A stretch of DNA of 64,000 bases from Phoronis australis (taxonomy: Eukaryota > Animalia > Phoronida), in NCBI GenBank assembly GCA_002633005.1, contig NMRA01000333.1, forward strand, positions 278,785 through 342,784, given 5' to 3'. Below are positions 41,630 to 53,400 of the stretch, in pieces. Made by a program: the position numbers and the translations under genes. Numbering within the stretch: position 1 is the first letter of the stretch; every line of letters starts with the position of its first letter. A model generated the notes under the pieces. The model did no database searches and had not been told where the DNA came from. It saw nothing but the letters and a program-made list of their open reading frames with translations.

Positions 41630-41700
41630 TTACGCCATCCATCATGGCGGACAAAAAGGCGCCTGGGTATAGTATCCCACAATGCACTTCAACTTCGGAT
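41630..41700. promoter_or_regulatory. Putative bidirectional promoter core between EPC (minus) and RBBP9 (plus)
   Basis: TATCCCACAATGCAC (41673-41687) resembles the Staf/ZNF143 SBS motif. YY1-like ATGGCGG at 41644; further AAAATGGCGGCC (about 41022) and CAAGATGGCAGCC (about 41224) lie just inside EPC intron 1. Locally CpG-rich. Confidence 0.5.
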
Positions 41701-44277
41701 GCGTGCGCATCTCCATTCACAACTTTTTACTACGAGCGAAGATAATTATATGGTTGCGTGTGCACTATTCGGATTCTAGTGTACTTGTAAGCTTTGGACT
41801 CGATTCCTGTTTTTAATTTCCGGGAGTGCAGGTAGCACATACGTTCGTGCATAGTTGAAACCAGGTATCATTTGAATCAGTTTGATACTCAAATCGTTCA
41901 ATGATCATTTTCGTACTGTGTTCAACAGCTGAGCTGTGGTTACGACAGGTTACGTGTGCACCTTCTGTCCTGATTCTTCTGTATTTGTAAAGTGGCTGGC
42001 TGGCTAAGATATGATTAGATCCATGTTTATGTATGGCCATAGGGGGATACTATGGTTGGGACGGCCACGTTATGCCTCAATCTCACAGGAAATGTCATAC
42101 CAGACAATAGACTTTATCGCCGGTATCTATCTATGGTTACATCTATTCAGCTTTCGAGGTGACGTGTAAAAGAGAGTTCTGTGCATACGCTGTAAAGGCT
42201 GAAGTGGAGGGCATAATCAGTGTGGGGCATGACTAAAAAGTTCAGAACACGTGCGTTTGTCCTCGGTTGCTCAAACTCAATAAACTTTTGTGCATTGTCT
42301 TAAAACTTTCAAGAGTTTATTACCATAAGTACCTTTTCATGCATTTAAAAAGAAAACATGAGTTGATGCTGAAACTTGCAGACAAGTGATGAATATACTT
42401 GCTACAGTGATTGGTCAACTTCACTCAATTATAGGACTTAGGTCAAATTCTCTGATAAATGGAAATCTTGATGACTGTACAGTGCTCCTTTGACGAAGTA
42501 CAGCATGCTGTGAAATGGGCCGAGATTCTAATGCACTCTTGGAAGAACATTGAGATAAAAACTTTCTAGCTCTCACTCTAGCTATGGCAAACATCAGGAG
42601 CGCGACATGTTGGGTTTTCAATTGAAAAACATTTATCAACTCACAGGAGGTTCATCTTGGGCATTTTCTTTCACTTAAAGTTCCTTTATCCCAACAATAT
42701 TTTTGCCATATCTCAGGCCCTGGGCCCAGTACCGAGTAACATCGTTTTAAAAGGTAAATCATTGGTAAATCAGTTTCCGTGGTGAATAAGTTTCCTGACC
42801 ACTCTTGCTCATGCATAACTTTTCTCGTCATTTGAAGATATGTGAAGAACTTTCATTTGAGTAAGTCAGTATTTACCAGTAATTTGTTTTTGCATCAAAT
42901 TATTTATTTCTCGCAAAAGTAAATTTTGCCAGATTTGCTAATCTTCCTTTTTCAATGGCTGATTGCTACAATGCAACAAATTGTGGAAACTTTTAATTAC
43001 CAAATGTTGTTTAATGCTATCTACACTAAGTATTTAAACTAAGCGTGTGCCAGTAAACAACAAAATTTTCTTAATCTTTATTTTCATGAAGAAATTTTAC
43101 AAAATAGAATTTCAAATATTGTGTGCTAAGTAAGTGGAAAATTACCATATAAATATATAAAGTTGATAAATATATATATATATGTGTTAAAAACCTAATG
43201 ACTGACGGCACTACCCTGTACATTTTAACGATAACAGTGGCACCTGGCAATAACTTCGATGAGACCGAAGTTGACCGTTCCGCTCTTAAATCCACCTGTT
43301 TACTGCGAAGTTAATTGGCGCTGTTATCTTCGATCCAAGACCGAAAAGCATTCATACTGACTACAGCAATAAACCCGCCTTCCAAAAATAAACTTGGTAT
43401 TAATATCCCATACCNNNNNNNNNNNNNNNNNNNNNNNNNNNNNNNNNNNNNNNNNNNNNNNNNNNNNNNNNNNNNNNNNNNNNNNNNNNNNNNNNNNNNN
43501 NNNNNNNNNNNNNNNNNNNNNNNNNNNNNNNNNNNNNNNNNNNNNNNNNNNNNNNNNNNNNNNNNNNNNNNNNNNNNNNNNNNNNNNNNNNNNNNNNNNN
43601 NNNNNNNNNNNNNNNNNNNNNNNNNNNNNNNNNNNNNNNNNNNNNNNNNNNNNNNNNNNNNNNNNNNNNNNNNNNNNNNNNNNNNNNNNNNNNNNNNNNN
43701 NNNNNNNNNNNNNNNNNNNNNNNNNNNNNNNNNNNNNNNNNNNNNNNNNNNNNNNNNNNNNNNNNNNNNNNNNNNNNNNNNNNNNNNNNNNNNNNNNNNN
43801 NNNNNNNNNNNNNNNNNNNNNNNNNNNNNNNNNNNNNNNNNNNNNNNNNNNNNNNNNNNNNNNNNNNNNNNNNNNNNNNNNNNNNNNNNNNNNNNNNNNN
43901 NNNNNNNNNNNNNNNNNNNNNNNNNNNNNNNNNNNNNNNNNNNNNNNNNNNNNNNNNNNNNNNNNNNNNNNNNNNNNNNNNNNNNNNNNNNNNNNNNNNN
44001 NNNNNNNNNNNNNNNNNNNNNNNNNNNNNNNNNNNNNNNNNNNNNNNNNNNNNNNNNNNNNNNNNNNNNNNNNNNNNNNNNNNNNNNNNNNNNNNNNNNN
44101 NNNNNNNNNNNNNNNNNNNNNNNNNNNNNNNNNNNNNNNNNNNNNNNNNNNNNNNNNNNNNNNNNNNNNNNNNNNNNNNNNNNNNNNNNNNNNNNNNNNN
44201 NNNNNNNNNNNNNNNNNNNNNNNNNNNNNNNNNNNNNNNNNNNNNNNNNNNNNNNNNNNNNNNNNNNNNNNNNNNNN

Positions 44278-44806
44278 TGGTGATGTCCATCTTTGCAACT
44301 GGTACGACTCCGTGGCGAAGGATATTCGAAAGAAATGCAACATCACTGTTTTGCTCGAAAACATGCCTGACCCTGTGTATGCGAGAGAGGCAATATGGCT
44401 GCCATTTATGGAAAACGAGCTAAAGTGTGATGATGAAACCATTATCATTGGTCATAGTTCTGGTGCCGAGGCTGCCATGCGATACGCAGAGGGCCATAAA
44501 GTACTAGGTATTGTCCTGGTCAGTGCCTGCATTACTGACTTGGGGGATGAGACAGAGGCCATCAGTGGCTACTACAATAGACCATGGGAATGGGAGAAGA
44601 TCAAGTCAAACTGTCGCTTTATCGTCCAGTTCGGCTCGAGTGACGACCCCTTTCTTCCGTGGGATGAGCAGACGTGTGTAGCAAGTTCACTTGACGCTGA
44701 TTTCCATCAGTATAATGACAAAGGTCATTTTACATACGACGATCTGCCTGTGCTAACAAAGACTGTTGCGGAATATGTCAAGAGGTTCTGTCATACAGAT
44801 GATTAG
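44278..44806 (+). CDS. RBBP9: RBBP9-like alpha/beta serine hydrolase (N-terminus hidden in the gap)
   Basis: NWY..MPDPVYAREAIWLPFMENELKCDDETIIIGHSSGAEAAMRYAE..LVSACITDLGDETEAISGYYNRPWEWEKIK..QFGSSDDPFLPWDEQ..DKGHF. The GHSSG nucleophile, Asp and His of the RBBP9/YdeN family are present. Stop TAG ends at 44806. Confidence 0.93.
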
Positions 44807-47800
44807 TCTTTGATATTAATTAACCACCTGTGCTAAAATGGTGTTTGTGTTCAGTGAACCTGCATTTCTTTATGGTTTGGAGGTCCTTTTGGAAATTTGA
44901 CAGACATGTTCCTAACAGTATGGCTGCTGAAAGTTGATTTTCAAATGAAACCGAATACTGCTATACACCCTAGTGACAGTTACACCTTGGACTGAACCCA
45001 GAACAGAAATGGTTAGTGGGTTATTTCAATTCTGAAAAAGGGAATGCATGATTTTACCATATTGGTTTCAAATTAAGTGAAGCATACCATTAAATACTAC
45101 TGGTAGCTGTTCATGTCACTTCAATTTATGGCAGCTACAAACCAATGATGTTGATAATTGCTGTTAAAATACCTTCAGCAAAATTGCAGTTTCCTCAGTA
45201 AAAATGAAGTAAAGTTTGTTTAAATCTGAGTTTGAGATATAATCAAGTTAACATTAACGCGAGCGCTAGTTTAATAGCAAAAAAGAAGCTCTGTCGACAG
45301 TGGGAGTGGGCAGTCTTAGCAATATCCGACAGATGTCGCAACTGTTACTGCGAGTCATGAAGAATTCACATCATTTATGGGTAATTCCTTGAGGCACTGA
45401 GGAAATGGCTCTAACATTATTGGGATGGTCATGGGTGGCGCACCATAAGGGACTGGGGGGGGGGGGCTATACCCCCACTTTTTTCAGTGCTGCGCCGCCC
45501 ATGGTGAGTCCTTACCTTAGTAATACAAAGAGAATAGAAACAACGAGTACTATAGATTGGAATAATTCGAGAGTTTTCACTCCTGAGGTCGTAATATTGA
45601 CTTTGAAAATGTTTGCTTGGCTAACAGATTTTATTTATTTATTTATCAATGTAATATTTACAATGAGGGTAGCCCCATCAGTTCACACTACTTTCTGTAA
45701 GGTGCGGTGTATGGTCACAAAATTGGTCACTAAACTTGGCGTTGAAAAGTGTCACAGAAAAGATCGTACAATTTTTATTCACAGCTTCATATTATCATAC
45801 ACGATATCGATTGGCTTCTATTACAATTATTAACGGAGAACTTGTAATATTAAAACCTAATTAGGCCTGTGATGGTTCCTTTTCGTTGCGAACACGAGTC
45901 ACAGGTGCGTACGACAGGCGACCGTCAACGCCTCTTTGTCAGTTTTGGCACGAGTTGCCGGTGGTTTCCGCGATGTTTGTTATTAACGTAAATAGGATGA
46001 TCAAAGGGAGGTCAGGCCAGCACTGGGCAAGGGCTGGTTCGAATTTCTAGAACGGTGGATCTTTGGTGTTTTGCAAACGTCGACACTGTAGTTTTCGATA
46101 AGGCCCTTGACGCAGCACTTAGGGGGAAGGGGAATCTGTATAGGCCTACACGACGGTGACTCACAACTCTATGTTCCTGAGATGAGACGGAACTTGTAAT
46201 ACCAGAAATGAGGATGCTGTGACGGTTGCTCACAAAGAAAGGGACACAAATTCGGATGTAATGTGGTCCAGAAAGAGAACATTCTCGCGTTAGCCTACCT
46301 CCCGCCAAAATTTCAAATCAGACGTGCTTAAATGAGTGATTACACCTCATTACATAATCGGCGGAAATATGAAGTTTAGTCGGAGGATGACTTGACGAAA
46401 TTGTTTAATATCTGGTTGTATTTTAGCGCGTTACTTGGCGTTGGTGGAAACAGGAACACCTCACTATTTCGAAGGTTCACTACTCCGAAGATTCATTACT
46501 CCGAACATCTAAAATATCGGACTTAGGTGTAATTTTTATACTTTTACATGCAAAAATAAACGATGATTCGGTTAACAGATGCACTGAGTGGTGTACCTAT
46601 GATACCGAAAACAACGCCCGGGTACTAAACGTACACTTAATTGTTTGGATTTCATACGGATGCGAAATTGCCCGCATGTCTTACGAATGCGGAAAAATGA
46701 GTACGTACTTGCATTTTTAAAAGAATATGAAGTAGGCTTATTGATGAATTATCAACCACGGTACATTCATCAAATTGCATGTCAAGATCGCATCGCAGTA
46801 CGACTGAAAAGTTAGGGGCCCCTGCGCCTCAACCTCACCCAATATTGGAACCACGCGCACGGCAAGGTCGAAACTAAATGTAGTCAGTAGCCCACCCTGT
46901 CCCTGTCAGTTCACGAAGTCAGAGTGTCCCATTGAGTATTCCAAATTAAAAGCGGTTGGTCGCCGCAGGCCTGCCGACCCGTGCCCCAGATCCGGACCCT
47001 GCTGTTGAGAATGGGTCGTGGACAGGCAATCAGAGTAGACCTAATGAACTGTCGGAGTTCTGGTTTTGGAATTGTGGAAATTTGAAGGGGCTCAGGGCAC
47101 GGACAAATAACATTTGTTGGATGTGTAACACCAGGAAGAGATAACCAGGAAGGGACAACTGTTTTAGCGCATTTTAACGTGATTTCAAACGTGATTTCAA
47201 AAGTAAATGCTCAAGTTATCTGGAATCCAAGCATTATTTTTGAAAGATTAACTCTTTAGCTATAAAATGACACCACTTTGGTCCTCAAAGACTGCATATT
47301 ACTGGCACTGGGATGCTTTGAACGTGACATGTTTACCCTTCCAAAAGATGCTTCTTCCCAGGCATGTACTCGGGCATGAGCCTCTCTTTTGAACCAACAG
47401 ATGTCACTAACATATGCAAATGAGGCTCGCATCGTTACGTCATACGACGTCATACGGCGCGAGCTTCCAATTTGAAACGTCAGGTGCCTATAGTGTAGGA
47501 CTTGAAACGCAGTAGTCTACTTGATCGGGTATATCCTAGTATGATTCCAAGAAAACTAAGAACTCACCCAAGTCAATGTTCAAAGAATATTGAGTATGGT
47601 TTCACATGAAAATACATTTAATTGTATTTGGATACGCTTGCGTGTGTGTATGCGTGGACTTTGTCATTTTGCTTAAATCCAGATTTAAAAGCAGAAATTC
47701 AGTAGCGTTAGCCCTAAGCCACGGTGGTCGGTGTCGTGGCGGTCCCCGGGAAGTCTGATCCATGCACGTGCAATTCGATGAACTAATGCTAGTCGCTGGT

Positions 47801-49189
47801 CAGCTCCGCTTCGATTCATTTGGGACGTGCGGCTTAGCTCGAACCTATGCCCGTGTTCTGGCTCCAAAGATCGTTTTTTGATCCCCAACGGTTTCGGGAA
47901 AAGTTCATTTTAATAGGGTCATTCCCTGAAGATTTTTTTGAAAGGTATGGTCCCCGAAGTCCTTGGCNTCCAATTTCTGTCTGCGTGAGGTGGACGCAAA
48001 GCCATCAATCTGGACAACTCGGCCCTACGTAGGCCTAATATACGTATACTGTAAAGGCGGCTCAGTCCGCGCCGGGCTCCTGCGGACAAACGGACTGTCG
48101 CCGACTAAATACCATATATGCATGGATTGATGACATAAATTTATTATCAAGCACTGTTTTTGCCACTAACATGCAATTTTAAAAGAAAACAGCATTTCAT
48201 GGCTCAATGCAGTTGAATCGCCTATTTACTGCGCCTGCTCAAAACCGTGGACTCCCTGAGCGACCATCAGTGACCGACTCCACGAGTGTTCTCGTGCGCA
48301 CCGTCAGTTGCTTGTCGCAGCCAGTCAAATCGAGGCCACGGACCCCGTATACGCTGACTTTTATCCGTATTTCAGTCAAATTATTCCTTACGGTGACTCG
48401 GATTGTTTAAAGCAAATATTTATTTAATTGTTGCCCAGTGCTGTATTTCAGTAACAATACCGTGGCACGATCGATAGGGCCACGGCGACAATAACATGTA
48501 GGAGATTTGAAAATACCATAACTAAAGCAAGATGCTTGTGGATCACACCCGCAGCGTTATCACCTATATATTATGACTCCAGTTACGTAACATAAGTTAC
48601 ACAAAAGCAGGCGTTTTCTGATTGACCAATGGAGAAGCAGATCTCAGGTGGTGTTCACCAGACTGTATGCTCGAGACAATGGCCTTGGGTCAACGGCTCA
48701 AATAAGTGGCGCCCTCACTTGACGGAGGGTAATTTCAAACAATGGAGTGCAGCGCAGCTCTCCCGCTGCTGTAAAATTGTGTGCAGCCACCAACTGCAAC
48801 GTACGATACTCTAAAGGTGCAACCTACACACTCCATAATTTAGCAAGAGACAAGAACAGGTACGAAATGAATGAATTTTTGTCGCTGTGGCGTCTGTCGT
48901 CTTAGATGCATTGGTCAAATTTTATTGATGGACAAACCTGTCGTCACGACACAGCACAGGTCCAGCCGCGTCGCCGATATGTCAAACAAGACAGCTGTAG
49001 GCTTACTCAGATGTTACACGTGTCGTTCGTTGTCCATCAAAATCGTTCATTTCATTATGACAGAAATTTCTCTTTAATTGAAACGTTATCACTAGCCTGA
49101 TACTGATCATGAGTTCTCGTCTCGGCAGCATTCGTGCTTTCTGAATTCCGGCTATCAAAAAAACATTGATCATTTAGACCACTTAACTA

Positions 49190-49348
49190 GGGGCGGATCC
49201 AAGATTTTGAGTCAGGGGGGCCATAGCAGAGTATTAGCCAGGATGTTACCTGTCAGACATTCGCACCCCCAAACTGCCAAATGGAATCTGGGAAAATTTA
49301 TGGGGGGCATGGCCCCCTTGCCTTGCCCCCTCTTAAATCCGCCACCGT
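49190..49348. mobile_element. MITE-like element
   Basis: Imperfect termini GGGGCGGATCCAAGA and TCTTAAATCCGCCAC, with G-tracts and C-tracts inside. Confidence 0.45.
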
Positions 49349-49439
49349 TACCGCCATAGAATATAACATGTCTTGTTCTTTACTCAGTTTAGAAGGGATT
49401 TCTAAGTTAGATAAGAACTGGAATTTTGTTATTTCGTTA

Positions 49440-49665
49440 GATCAAGCTCAGAGGAGACAGTGTCACTCAGACTGGTTTGAGCTCCAGACTCCCATTTGGG
49501 AGACCCAGGTTCGAATCCTGGCTTTATCTGGCAGACAATCGACCATTGCTCAAAAGTGTCTCCTACTCTTCTGAGCTCGGTCTTACTAGTGAGGGAATGA
49601 ATGTATGTAAGGGAATAAATGAGAACCACTTTGGAATACTCAACTTCGAGTGTGCAGTGTAAAAA
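49440..49665 (+). mobile_element. tRNA-derived SINE-like element
   Basis: Degenerate tRNA-like head with B box GGTTCGAATCC at about 49508 and no intact cloverleaf, followed by an unrelated body and a short A-tail. Confidence 0.45.
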
Positions 49666-50457
49666 GATTAAGGAAAACAGTTTTCAGGCCATCATGGTCT
49701 TTAAACAGTTATGGCATTGATGCCTCAGATCTGATCAAGATACCTGATGTAGACTACTACGACTGAAAACAGTACTGCCTCAAATAATCACAAGGATTTA
49801 CAATTACGAGACATGACATGAAATATTGTGAGCTGGGACTGAATAAATAACGATCTGTTCTTTCAAATGAAATCAGATCCTATTTGAATTGGTTTCAAGT
49901 TTAGTCGTTTCAAATATTTGTGACATTGACGGTTGTAATAAATTAGATAGTGTTGGATGCCTAAATGACTTCGCATGCACTCTATCTATTCTAGTCATGA
50001 GCTTTGCATGTTAAGTTTCATGACAAGGCGACAAACAGAACTACCTGGGTGGTGTGTACTTACTTACCTCGTTCTCTTGCTGTAGTTTGATGCTCAGAAG
50101 TCCTACAGCAAGCAGGCTGGCTATTTTAGAACAACCAACAAATGGGCTCTGACTCCAAACTGTCACATGTCTCAGTTTTGCTGTGACAATTTGAATGTGC
50201 TTCGAGGTCTGTACAAAATACCACAGTTTTGAGAGTTTGTGGTCTTACAAAGTGCACATAAAGTATGATCCTCGAATAAATTTCATCAACACAGCTGCTC
50301 AAGTTCGTGCACACTGCCCTTTGTCGGATTTAGAAATACTCGGATGACATCTCTTGGTCCTGTTGGGTCAGATTTATACAAGGTATATTATGTATTTGAG
50401 TGGCATGACTGCTCAGACTGACTACCTGCTGTTTTTTTTATAGATGTATTGCAGAAT

Positions 50458-53400
50458 ATGGGCCAGCCAGACTTGGAACAACGCAAGACTTCTAACCAGC
50501 TGCGTCAGATTGGTTCGCGGAGTCGCCATTTAGAAAAATCACCGTTTACAAACCACTTAAGGTAGTAGCCTCTTTTGTTACTTAGGATCGAATTTCTTAA
50601 ATAACTTTTTAAATATTAAATGTTGAACCATAGATTTATATGTTTTAAAAATCCTTGATGATTACTCACATACTAGTACATAAAATATGCACAGAAAAAG
50701 TGCCCAGTCCTGGGCTTGGTTGCATAAAACTTCAAAATTATCTGCTGGATAAGTTTGATTGTTGCATGACGTCAAGTGCATTGTTCAAGAATAACAATGT
50801 GACGTGTGATAATGCGAGGTCATTCTTGCTAAACGGCGTATAACTTTTATGCAACTGGGCCCTGTGATGTCTAATTATGTGACTGCATTTTTTGTTAATT
50901 AATTAGCTGCAACAGCATGGCTGGGAATTTCTCTTAAAGCCTTTTATCCTGAAAACTCAGCTGTCAAATATGAAGACATAAACATTCCTTGAAAAATGGT
51001 TTTTAACATCCAAGCTTTCCGACTCAAAGGTGTTAAAATATAACCCCAGACACGCTGTTATAGCTACTCCTGAATACTGACAGTTTGATTCTGTGAAAAT
51101 TTGTCGCCCTCTGTTGGTATTCTGCTGTAACAAGAGTCAGGCAGCCACACAACACCGAGAGAAAATTACAAAATGATTTTTCCTCATGAAGTACTTCACC
51201 AGGACAAAGGGTAATGCCCATTATATGAGGTACTCCACCATGATGAAGGGTAATGCCCATTATCAAACATTGAAGTTTGAGCTTGGGTTTCTAGCAACCT
51301 TTGTTTCTGGCAACTATGCGAGCTCAGTTGATTCTCATGCTTGATGTGTGGACTACAGTGTACTCTGTTCTTCATTCCTTCAGGTAGTACCGTACATAAT
51401 ACATTATGTAACAGTCATCCGAACACACAGATTCCTACTAGTTAAACACACCTGTCTGCTTTATGTTAAGGAATCGCTTGAAACCTACTGCACCTCCAAC
51501 AGATTTCTCCGACACCACTGTTAAAGGTAACAAGAAATCATCAACTTTGGCAGGACGTAAAAGACCTCTAGTGCCTGTGACGACTCGAGGTAAGATGCAA
51601 ATGCTAGGAACTGAATTCAGTTTAAAGGTAAAACTTCCTGCCAAAGGTTAGCTCTTTCTCAAAAAAATCACCTTGTATGCGGCTCACAAGCTTTATTGGG
51701 ATAGTCACCTTTTCCAACATGGAACAGCAGCTTAGAAAAACCTTGGCAGTGTTGAGAAGCTGTCTCACAGGTAGAAGAATCTAGGCAAAATCACATTCTC
51801 GTTAAAATGTATGGCAGTGTCTCACGTAATCTCACAAAGTCTTGCTTTTTAGCGATATCCCAGCATAGGTCCTAGCAATATTGAACTCTACCTTTGTCTT
51901 TTGGTAACCTTTGCTGTGCAAGTCTGAACAAAGTTGTTGGTCATTAACATAATTTTTTAAGCTGACTATGTTTGGTGACTTCCATCACCAGACAAAACTG
52001 TCTAGCAATCAAAAGAAACAAAACCCATGATCTGTTTGGGCATGACTAGGAGGCTTGTGTAGTATTCTTCAATGAATTATAAGGACATCTGCCAAGGTTA
52101 TGAGAGCGTAGCGCGGAATCTTTAATCAAGTAGGCTTCAAAAGCTTGAATAATATTGGATTTCCGCTTTTCAGATGATTAATGTTGCTAGTTTGGATAAT
52201 TCAGACTTGGTCAATTTTGTGTCGTGAAAAAGGTTTCGAATTAAAACTGCACTAAAAGTAATTACATTAACATTTCTGTCAGAGCAAAAATGGCCAGTGG
52301 CTGTTCTTCTACTGTCTTGTCTTGCCACTCTGTTTAGACATACGTAACACATTAATGAGACAGAAAATATTTTTTCCCATCATTGTTGGGTTGTTGTGTT
52401 GCAGCGAATAAATGTGCTAGGCTTAGTAGTGAACACAAGAGTTCAACAGAGCGTACATCTTCCGTGAAGAAATTGGTTGACACTGGCAAAAGAGGTACCA
52501 CAACCAAGTCCGCGAATAGTAGGGTAGTCCACATTGACCGGGGACGTGTGGACACCTGTGCTGGTACTGCAGAAGGGAAACCAATTGCTTCTAGGAAAAG
52601 CAATCGCTCTACCATTGTAAAGAGTGAAGCGCCACCTGTTGTTGGTTCAGTTCCCACTGGCTCGCTTAAACAAGATGGTGCATCTCAAGAAACTTCTTTG
52701 CAAAAGACAAGCCGGAATCTGCAAGGTGATAGAAATGACAAGAGGTCTTCCAATGTCACTGTAACTTCATCTAGGAGGACAGGGCCCCAACGTGAAAATG
52801 TCACTGTAACTCCATCTAAGAGTACAAGGCTTACTCCATCTAAGAGTACAAGGCTAACTCCATCTAAGAGTACGAGGCCCCAACGTGAAAATTTCACTGT
52901 AACTCCATATAGGAAAACCAGGTCCCAACGTGAAAATGTTATTGTATTTCCAGCTAGAAGAACGATGCCCCAGGGTAACAACGTTACTGTAACTCCAACT
53001 CATCATAAGTCATCTCAGTCTTCCAATGAGAGCGATGAAAGTGACAATGCTGCTCTGTCTGCCAAACGACAGACTAGGCAGTCAACAGGTGTCGTGTCTG
53101 ACCTCGGTGGGTTAACTTCTCAAATAAGGCACTCGCGGCAGTCCTTAACTCCGTCCCAACAGTCCAGTCATTGTGACAGTAGCAAACAAGGTCAAGCGTC
53201 GCGGGACTTGGCTAACAAGAATACAGGTGATGGTAACTTGTCGCGTAGGTATATGTCTCTGGAAAGACTGGTTCTCTCCAAGTATCCAAAAGTTGTTCTG
53301 AGAAAGCTAGACTTATCTAAGGGGATCGCTACACATCATGTTTCGCGACGAAAAAATGCGAAAGGAGGTTCTTCAACAAAAGCAGTTCCTAGAAGCATTA

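Larger units (their letters stand above)
48771..51510 (+). pseudogene. Degenerate THAP zinc-finger domain (THAP12/PRKRIR-like) split over three exons at the 5' end of the ATRX-like gene
   Basis: 48771-48859 reads VKLCAATNCNVRYSKGATYTLHNLARDKNR followed by GT; 50444-50561 reads VLQNMGQPDLEQRKTSNQLRQIGSRSRHLEKSPFTNHL; 51471 onward reads RNRLKPTAPPTDF. This parallels THAP CxxxxC...W..N..RxDL...LCxxHFE...LxxxAxPTIF, but there is no ATG, the conserved Trp and third Cys are lost, and exons 1 and 2 are out of phase. Confidence 0.65.

Noticed and set aside
43315-44448. Long ORFs spanning 43415-44277
   Set aside because: Their length comes from Ns; only the RBBP9 frame after the gap is supported.
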